Both the position numbers and the translations under genes were made by a program. Positions 55,081 through 64,000 of a stretch of 64,000 bases of DNA are shown piece by piece; within the stretch, counting starts at the first letter, position 1, and each line of letters begins with the position of its first letter. A model generated the notes under the pieces. It had not been told where the DNA came from. It made no database searches and saw only the letters and a list, made by a program, of their open reading frames with translations. Source of the stretch: Octopus vulgaris (Eukaryota); the NCBI GenBank assembly GCA_951406725.2, contig OX597834.1, positions 38,192,001 through 38,256,000 of the forward strand, written 5' to 3'.

Positions 55081-56298
55081 TCCATAACTAAGCAATAACA
55101 TTTTTTTAATATTCACGACCCACATTTATTTATACAGCTTGCTGTTTTCTCCACATTTGTCCTGCAATCATCTCAAATTATACATATCAATTATATCTAT
55201 ATGTCTATTTTTAATTTCAAAAATTGATTTTCTTTTGTTTTGAAACGATGACTGACACTAGTAAAAGCTAAAAGAAATCCCTCAGTATCAGTTTCACACC
55301 ACTGACCACTTCTTGAATTTCAAACACAGTTCATAACAAAGATGTTTACAAAAACTATTTTCTTCCATTTTTATTTACTCTAAAAAATAACTACGACAAC
55401 ACACATATATGTAAGAAAATAAATAAAACACATGACAGATGGTGCTGTATTCCTGAAGGAAATTAACAAATAGGCACAGTTCTAGCTAGTGAATTGAAAT
55501 ATTAGTTGATGAATTGGTTCACTGAAAATTTAAACCCATACCATTGAATAATTAAAATGTTTGACAAAATAAGTTTCAGGATGATAATTCCTTACCTAAG
55601 TAGTCATAAGGAAAGGCTAAGTAGATGAATGATCGTGTGTAGTTTTCAAGCTTTTCTTAAGAGTATTAACACAATAAATGTACTGGCTTCAACAAAGAGC
55701 AGATTTCAGTTTGTAAAACTGATTTTCCAAAAACTTCACAGGCCCTCTCAGACCAATAAGATGAACACAGTAGTTGTTCTTGAACTGCTGGAAAAATTAT
55801 AATTCTAACAACTTAAATTCTAGAAAGAAGAGACAGGGGAATATGTTTAGTCCAGGACCTGAGGTGGGGGTAATATGATGAAGAGAGATGAGTAAATTGA
55901 GAAGACTCAACTAGAGGTAGAATGAGACCAGCTAGTTCCAAGGAACAGAGGCCACTTTAGTAGTGATAGAAAAGGCAGAGTGTGTAGGTAACCTACTTCA
56001 AGCAAATCAGTCAGGCGACATTTTGATAGGGAAAGGGGTGCTTAAAACACAACCGATTGGATTATTTTGGATACACTGCAGTTATTGTGCTTCACTTGAT
56101 CAAGATCTATGCTTATGGAAAACCAGAAAAAAGTTGTCAATTATACATCAAACAATTCAGAACTGCACATTCTCTTGTTAACTATTTCACAGCTAAGTAA
56201 ACTGGACAAGCCCAAGTTAAATATCTTGATTATAGAAGCAAAGCAGTGCTCATGTTTAAAATTACAGCTAATTATAAGAAACAATTCAAACAACTTAC

Positions 56299-56336
56299 CA
56301 TCTCTGGACATCCCAACAGCTATGCACTTCTTAAAT
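56299..56336 (-). CDS. E75: E75-like exon C: 38-nt mini-exon ending the DBD
   Basis: tttcag|A TTT AAG AAG TGC...AGA GAT G|gtaagt; (R)FKKCIAVGMSRD; phases fit both neighbouring exons. Confidence 0.95.
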
Positions 56337-57852
56337 CTGAAATGTTAGTAAGATAGCTCGGTTAGTCATGCTCATATGAATACAGAATGTAATTCAAACA
56401 TTATATATGAAAATATCGTTTAACTGTTATTTAACCACTTTGTGCCTTTATTTCTATTGAAATACACTGTGTATCAATTAATTTTGAAAATAATGAAGAC
56501 TTTTAAGGGGTTTGCTTATAAAATAGCTAACCTTTCCAACTACTGGTATATTAAGCCAGCTGTTTGGAACATAGCAAAATGTTCTTACATAATATTATGG
56601 TGGAATGGTATCAAAAGGATACAGCTGATTGTTTTACTTATATCTTCTATTGCCATTGCAAAACAATATTGTGTTGTGCTAAAAGTTTGGTTATTCTTTC
56701 GCTCACTCCCTGTATTAATATCATTACTATTATTATTTAAATGATTATGATGTATCTATGCTGCTGCATGGTGGGTGTCAACCTCTGAAAGTTAAATGCT
56801 TTTATGTTACAGCAACATAACATCTTGATATGACTAATCAGCTTCATCTTTCCCTCCAAGCAAATAAATAGAATATTCTAATATGCTATTCCATAAGCTA
56901 AGGTTTCATTTTGATTCACCCAACTAAACCATAATCTGCTGATTGGATTTAACAATTCTTTTTAAAAATCAACTGAAATTTATTTAAATATAAATAATAG
57001 TAGCTGCAAATAACTTACACATTTATGACAGGTTAGTTCAGTAATTGTGTAGAATCACACAAGAAATGAGGAATTTAAGTGAGGGCAAAGAAAAGTTGCT
57101 GTTGTTTGCCCAGGTTAGAACTGATTAAGCAAACCTATGATCAAAGGCACTTTTGCTGCTATCATTTGGCTTTCTTGCATATCTAGGGCTACATTGTATA
57201 GATTTAATCCTTTTTTACAAGAAGAAGAGTATATATTTTTACATTTGCTATTTTAAATGTATTGAAGCAACATCATAGAGACTCTCTTCTTGGCTCAGAT
57301 GAATACAAGCAAAAGTATTTGGTGTGTGTGTGGTGGCGGGGGGGGGGGACTGAAGACTCTAAATCCAGGCAGAGAATAGTATATATTCTATAAGACATTA
57401 CCGGAACCTGTGTTTTTGTTGACAGGGTGGTTGAAGGATAAAGATAACTAACAGAATTTGAATTTAGAATAGCAGAGAAATAAACTTGAGTTTACAGTTT
57501 ACCACCTAACTAGTTTTACTGCCTTGATCCCATAAAAACACTACCAGCAATGACTGAACTAATATGGCTAAATGTTAACAGCAGTGGAAAATGAAAATGT
57601 ACAGCGATTACTTCTAATTGTCTAAGACATTGGCACAGTAAGTAAAGCTTTTCAAATGCAAACTGAAATAAATCTTGTTAACAAATTACTTCCAAATAAA
57701 TTTCTCAGTAATAATCTGTCTATATCACTGATAAAACATTTTTAGTTCTTCATACACCTTGGAGTTTCAGATATTTGGTATCTAGTAGTAGCTATGACAA
57801 AATTTAAAAAATTATAAAATGTAGACTAAAGATTTTAAGAAAAATACCTCAC

Positions 57853-57959
57853 CTGCAGTACTGGCACCGGTTGCGATTGGCTCTCATAACATTGCACATT
57901 TTGTTTTTTAAACATGGGCGATAACTTATCTTTTGTTGTATGCTCCTTCGGAAAAATCC
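57853..57959 (-). CDS. E75: E75-like exon B: recognition helix and second zinc finger
   Basis: atacag|GGA TTT TTC...TGC AG|gtgagg; 107 nt; [35 protein letters not shown](R). The ORF track shows a different frame here. Confidence 0.96.
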
Positions 57960-60492
57960 CTGTATATGAAGAAAGAAGAAAGATTTTGAATATATGGTCT
58001 TGTACATGTAGCAGAAGATAAAAATCATATGGATAAAACAAACTCATGGGTCATCAGTTCACATTCAGGGCAAGTATAGCAGTGTATTTGAATTGGGCAC
58101 ACTGTGCAGTGAACATCAGTTTATTTCTCTGTGTGAAAACAAGTTCTGGAAATATGACCTACAAGCCAGCCAGATGGCTCAAAAGCAAAACTGAGACTAG
58201 GAAATTTTAAATTAAAAATTAAAGAGTTGTGAGCTTAAAGGCCTTACTTGTCACATCAACTGGACAATCCCTCCCAACATATTAAAGAGCACTACAGAGC
58301 ATAAATTTCATAACTAGAGGCCTTTCTATTACCAACCAACCAACCAACTACTCAATTATGAAGAGAAATACTGTTATTTTTGTTTGGTACATTGAGAGGC
58401 GGTCTAAACTAAAGATATAACAGTTCAACTGGCAACAGAATTTTAAACTAATAACAAACACAGCCTTTGCATTTTGTTTTGTTTAAACACTCCACACCAG
58501 TGTTCCAACCCAAATTAGCATGGAAAAAGTGGACATAAAATGATGACGATGATGAAGAACAACAATGATGATGACAATGTAAAATACCAAAAGATAAGCA
58601 TATACACACAGTTATATGGTCAAGATGTTCACCTTTCTACATTCAATGGAATGTGGGATTGAATGTTCCACATTTAATCCCACAGCCTATGTACCTTGGG
58701 CATATATGTGTCTTCAAGTGTAGCACTGGGCTGACCAATACCTTATGGGTGGAACTTGGTAGCTGAGGAGGGTCTGTCATAAATGAGTATTAATGTTTAT
58801 ACCAATTGTTAAAACTGGTGCAATGTTGTGTTATGTCCCTGTGTGCCCATACCTTAACTCCTAGATTCATTCTTTTTTTAATTATATTTTTGTTGAAGTA
58901 CACTACTTTTGTTTTCATTAATTATGAAGAGGAATAATTTTGTAACATAAATCAACATCAAATTTTTATGGAAGAATTTAGTTCAGCTCACTTTAAAACA
59001 GAGGCAGTCTCAGGAAAGTTAGAATGGGGAAGAAAAGAAAAGAGATATATTAAAATAAGTAACGAACTGAAATAAGCATCTGGGGTCAGCATATTGAATT
59101 AAACCCTTGAAAGCAGTGCCACAGCATGGCAGTGACCCAATGACCAAAGCCAGTAAAACTATAAAAGTGCGTACTACAAATCTCACTGATTTGATTTTTA
59201 AAAAATAGATTTGTATAAATGGACAAAAATTATTTTATAAAACATTTAAAAACGGAAATGAGGAGACAAATTAATTTAGTTCATTAACATTTATTTCTAT
59301 CATTTTGCTAATATCAGAAAATTTTTATCCTATTTTTGTGAAGAAGCTGCATTTATTGTTAAAAAAATAAAAAGAGACAGAAAAACTGGACACCATAACA
59401 AGATAATTAATTGGGTTAATTATTTTAAACTGTAAAAAAATAACTTGTCACCTGATCAATGATGCTTTTAAAATTAAAGAGAGACTAACATTCACTGTTG
59501 CTATTGGGAAAATATGTCATTATTATGAAAGCACAATGACTGTGAAATAGAATAAGATGGTCATCAGCTGATACTTAACTGAGTTACTGAGATTTAAATG
59601 TGACAGACAGTGGTGAGGACATACAACTAGTTGAAACATCAGCAAGTTGACTGATACTCTTGACTCAATGTAAAACAAGCATACCCATGTTTTATTAGAG
59701 TATGACAAGTAAATAAAAGAGGTTTCTATGCTGTTGACTTGCTACAAATAGTAGCCAAGTCTCCGTCAGTTCATATCTTAGGGTCTTTTAAATTAACACA
59801 TTGGACATGATCCTAGCTGCAACATTAGTTTTCATAGCTCTGCTTGATCAAGGCTGATCTGGGACAAATTAAGTCATGAGTAAATAAACTGTAGAAGTTG
59901 ATATATCTCCTCTACACAAGGCACTGAAGCCTAAAACTGATATTAGGACTGTGTGGAAAACTAAAATAGCATATAGTCATCAAATAAGAATGGTTAAACA
60001 AAATTGTTTCTTTTGTGCATAACACTGCTCATTTGTACAGGGATGGGTGAAGACCAAAGTTTCTTCAACTCCAGTGTTTTCCACTAAGTTGAGTCATCTC
60101 AGAGAGATTGAGGTTAAAATGGAATCCTTTAGCAACAGTCAAGGTAATCCTCTTTTACAGGTGCAAAACTTGGACTGTCATTAGGTCCATGGCCATGTCC
60201 CCTCAATGTATGTTAAACTCAGATGCTCTGGATAGTCTCCAGGGTAAACTGGATTTGTAGGTGACCAAGGAGCAATTCAATAGTGAATTCACACAATTGA
60301 CCAACAAGATAGCAAGAAGACATTTGATAATTAGCAGGCACTGTCTTTGAGAGACCCAGAGTTGCTCACCGGGCAAGTGATCATCTGGAACCAACTCATG
60401 AGAGTGTAAAGCTGGGTGTCTTTCAAAACCTTGTATCAATATCCTTAGAGGTGAGTAGTATTGTAACTACTGATAAACTTAAAACAATGCTA

Positions 60493-60705
<213 letters not shown>

Positions 60706-63700
60706 TTAAAATTAACATTATATTTTCTTTTTTACTGATACATGAAACAAATTTAGAAGTATCAAATCATTCAATTTTCCATAGACATCAAATTAAAGTT
60801 TATTACAAACACCTTAATATTAATCATCCTGCTGGTCTCTGATTTATTAAAAAAGGCCTTAGATTTTGAGTATTTAACTGGTACTTTATTTCGTAAGAGA
60901 CAAAGTTGATCTTGGCAGGATCTGACCTCAGAATATAAAGTGCCAGAATGCTGCAAGGCAATTTCTTTCCATAAATCTAATAATACTGCCAGCTCACAGC
61001 CTTTTTATCATCATCATAATAATGGTTTCAAATTTTGACACAAAGCCAGCAAGTTCAGAGATGGGAAAGTTCGGTAGCATTAACCCCAGTGATCAACTGG
61101 TAGTTATTTTATTGACCCCAAAAGGATGAAAAGTAAAGTCAACCTCAGCAGAATTTCAACTCAGAATGTAAAAATGAACGAAATGCCACTAAAAGTTTTT
61201 GTTTAATCACAAGTTGCCTGTGATAAGCACCTCAAAGGCACTAAAGTTTGAACCATCTCCCTATTTTTGTTATGTTCTCCACTAAGCAAAGTTCATTTGA
61301 CCACTTGATCCTTGTATTGTTACTTTTATTAGAAGGTAGAGTTTGAAGAAAGATTAAGCTGCCATTACTAGCAAATCAGGCAACAATGGTGTAGATTTAT
61401 CTTTTCCATGGCTTGGTCAGAATAGGAAGGGTAGTATTCTTCAATTTTTTCATGATTTCCCATAAATTGGTGGAGGGAAGTTATCCACATACTAGGGATC
61501 TGGCGCAAGTGATTACAAGAATTTACCACCACTATTTTCTAGTTTAGCAGTACTATCTGGCCCTTGGCATGCTGAGTTCACTAACTATAAGGTATGTTAA
61601 GTAAACAATAGTTAAAGGGCAGCTGTATTTTGCAGTCTAGCTGTGGAATCATTGTATTATATGGTCTAAAGAATCAATCTGTACCACATGAACTATATTA
61701 ACAAGTTGCAACAATTACCACACTGTGTAAACACATATTTATGTACTGCCACACCTTTGCACAGCACTAACCAGTACAGCTAACCTCAAGTAGTAGTAGG
61801 AGTAGCAGCAGCAGTAGCATTGTTTTGTGGTATTGGGATAATTGTGGATGTTCAGGAAAGGGTTGAAGGATGCATTAGTGACATTATAGTATTGGTGGTA
61901 GAAGTTATATGTAGTAGGAATGGTGATGGATAAAATAACAGGTCAGACAATAGTAACAAAAGGCAGGACACCACCACCACCACCCTCCATACTCAGGTAT
62001 ATTCAAACAAGAAGGGGAGAAGGGGTACATGTAGTTTAAGTACAGTTAACTTGAATGAACAAAGAGGGGAAGAGCACTGGCAGTTCACAGGCAGAAAACA
62101 CCTAAGTGTGAGGGTGCATGAGTGTATATAGGAAGGCACCCAGGATTTAGAGAAATAGTGATCAAGAGAAAGAAAGTCTAAAATCTAAAGAGAAGAGGGA
62201 GAGAAAGAGAGACAGGGAATGTTGGGAAGAACAGCATACAAAGAGATGGGAGAGAGTAGATAGTAAGAAAGAGAAGGAGGAATAGAGAGTATATTGTTAT
62301 TCTTGAACCCAGAGCAGTTCTGATACAGATCTATGTAGAGGGCATTCCAATTGTGACCATCACATCTCTATTCAGATATAGTGTATCTAGGATTACACAA
62401 TCCAATGTGTCTTCTTTTTTTTTGAGAACAGTAGTGCATTATTTAGCTCCTATTTCTAGTAAGTCAAGAGACTAACTGAAATAACAAATATCAGAAGTAA
62501 AACTACAAAACTGAGAAATGAACCTACAATAAAAACTCTGGAAATTATCATTCATCCATAGATAAGCCAATGAAGTAGTTACTACAGAATCATTCTTAAT
62601 CTGCAAGAAATAGCAGCCAATATCTCCTCATACCACACTCTACCATCATTAAAAAGTACACATTGGACTAAAGTAATCCTAGATTCAAACTCAATATAAA
62701 ATAAGATGTCTCTGATGAAAGTGCTTTGATCATAGATCTACTTCATCAGAGCTGATCTAAAATGAAACAAATGACAATAATTTATATATATTATGAGCTG
62801 CTCTTAAGAAATACTTCACTCTTATACTAACAGCAATGGTAAGAGATGTAAACACAATACTCAGCTGTCAACACACCTTGAATTTACAATTACAATAATT
62901 TCATTAATAAAGCATAAAAGCCACAAACTCATCTTTTCCCAATATCTGAATGTCTCAGTCTTCAAGAAACCACCTGGTTTCATGGCTTAACCCCAAGTTG
63001 TAGGTGGAAATTACAGAACCCTATCATTCATATATATATATTTCAATTCCATTATAACCCTTTCCTATGTGCTTGCATGGGCCAGATAGAATTTGTTGAG
63101 GAAATTTTCTACATCCAGATGCCCTTCCTGTTGCCAAACCTCACCTATTTCCAAGCAAGATAATATTTCCCTCTGACCGTTAATTTTTCCTTGAAAGATA
63201 GGAGATGAATGGCAACAACTGTATGACAGTGGTGCCAATTGTGTGTAAGCACATATATATGTATACGCACACACATTGGCCTCAGTCAGTTTCTCCTTTG
63301 ATCACCATGGGGCCATAGTAGAAGAAACTTGCTGAAGGTGCTACACAGTAGGACTGAAACATGTGGTTAGGAAGCAAACTTCTTAACCACAGAGTCATAC
63401 CAACATCTGCAATATGTGTGTGTGTAACATCGGTACAGTAGAAAAAAATATTATGCATTAAGTTGGATCCGCTTACTTCAAAAAGGTAAAACTTAACCAT
63501 TTGAAAAACTGAAATCAATAAAATAAGTACCTAACCACAGTAAGTATTAGGTCGATATGATTGACTAAACCTGTTGAAGGAGGTACTTCAGCATGGCCAC
63601 ATTTCAATGACTGAAACTTGTAAAAAGAGAATAAAAGAATGTATTCTATAGAAAGAAATAAGATTCTGGAATTCCAAAGCTTCATTCAATAGTTTCCATT

Positions 63701-64000
63701 TCCATATATGCTGAAGATAGGCATGAATGTCACTGTCTTCCAATCTATATTGTTAAAAAAGAATTCTTGAATTTGGATGACTATGCAAGAAATAAACATT
63801 AATTTAGCTGAAGTATCAGTTCACATACACATACACACACACTTTTAGCTAAATAGGTTGTTATCAAAAATGGGTCAAGTTGATATTTGTTTTTCACTCC
63901 TTTTCCTAGTTACCTGCTTCTGTAATCAATAAATAATGTGGAATGTAGGTGATGGAGATAATGGTGGTTATCTTAGGGCTGAGGAGGAGGTAGTGGGGAA

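Noticed and set aside
60050-60480. ORF 60203-60439 as an E75 exon or an ancient RT fragment
   Set aside because: It is not needed for the A-B junction, and the RT resemblance is too weak to call.
62710-62751. Hairpin with CTGATGA on both strands as a hammerhead
   Set aside because: There is no correctly placed GAAA/NUH, and it lies within the old dispersed repeat family.

Overview
This is AT-rich, microsatellite- and SINE-dense eukaryotic DNA. The SINE families resemble those of octopus, so I infer a cephalopod origin. The window is dominated by one minus-strand nuclear receptor gene of the E75/Rev-erb (NR1D) group. Eight coding exons (60683 down to 8433) can be joined by hand through GT-AG junctions with compatible phases. 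They give a complete DNA-binding domain (DBD), hinge and ligand-binding domain (LBD), with both heme-ligand motifs (CP Cys and LHSEKL His) and no evident AF-2 helix. I did not find the N-terminal exon(s). The LBD is split by a 40.3 kb intron (10155-50478). About 16 kb in its middle looks CpG-rich by eye relative to the flanks and has promoter-like ends. This suggests a possible internal promoter for a DBD-less isoform, since the next coding exon begins with an in-frame ATG. Other notable signals are a perfect AGGTCAnnnTGACCT element, a triple nuclear-receptor half-site cluster, a long inverted repeat whose arms carry hammerhead-like motifs, and decayed CR1, RTE, mariner, gypsy, Helitron-like and piggyBac-like elements. 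Nearly all ORF-track entries are translations of microsatellites. Exon coordinates were counted base by base; repeat boundaries are approximate.
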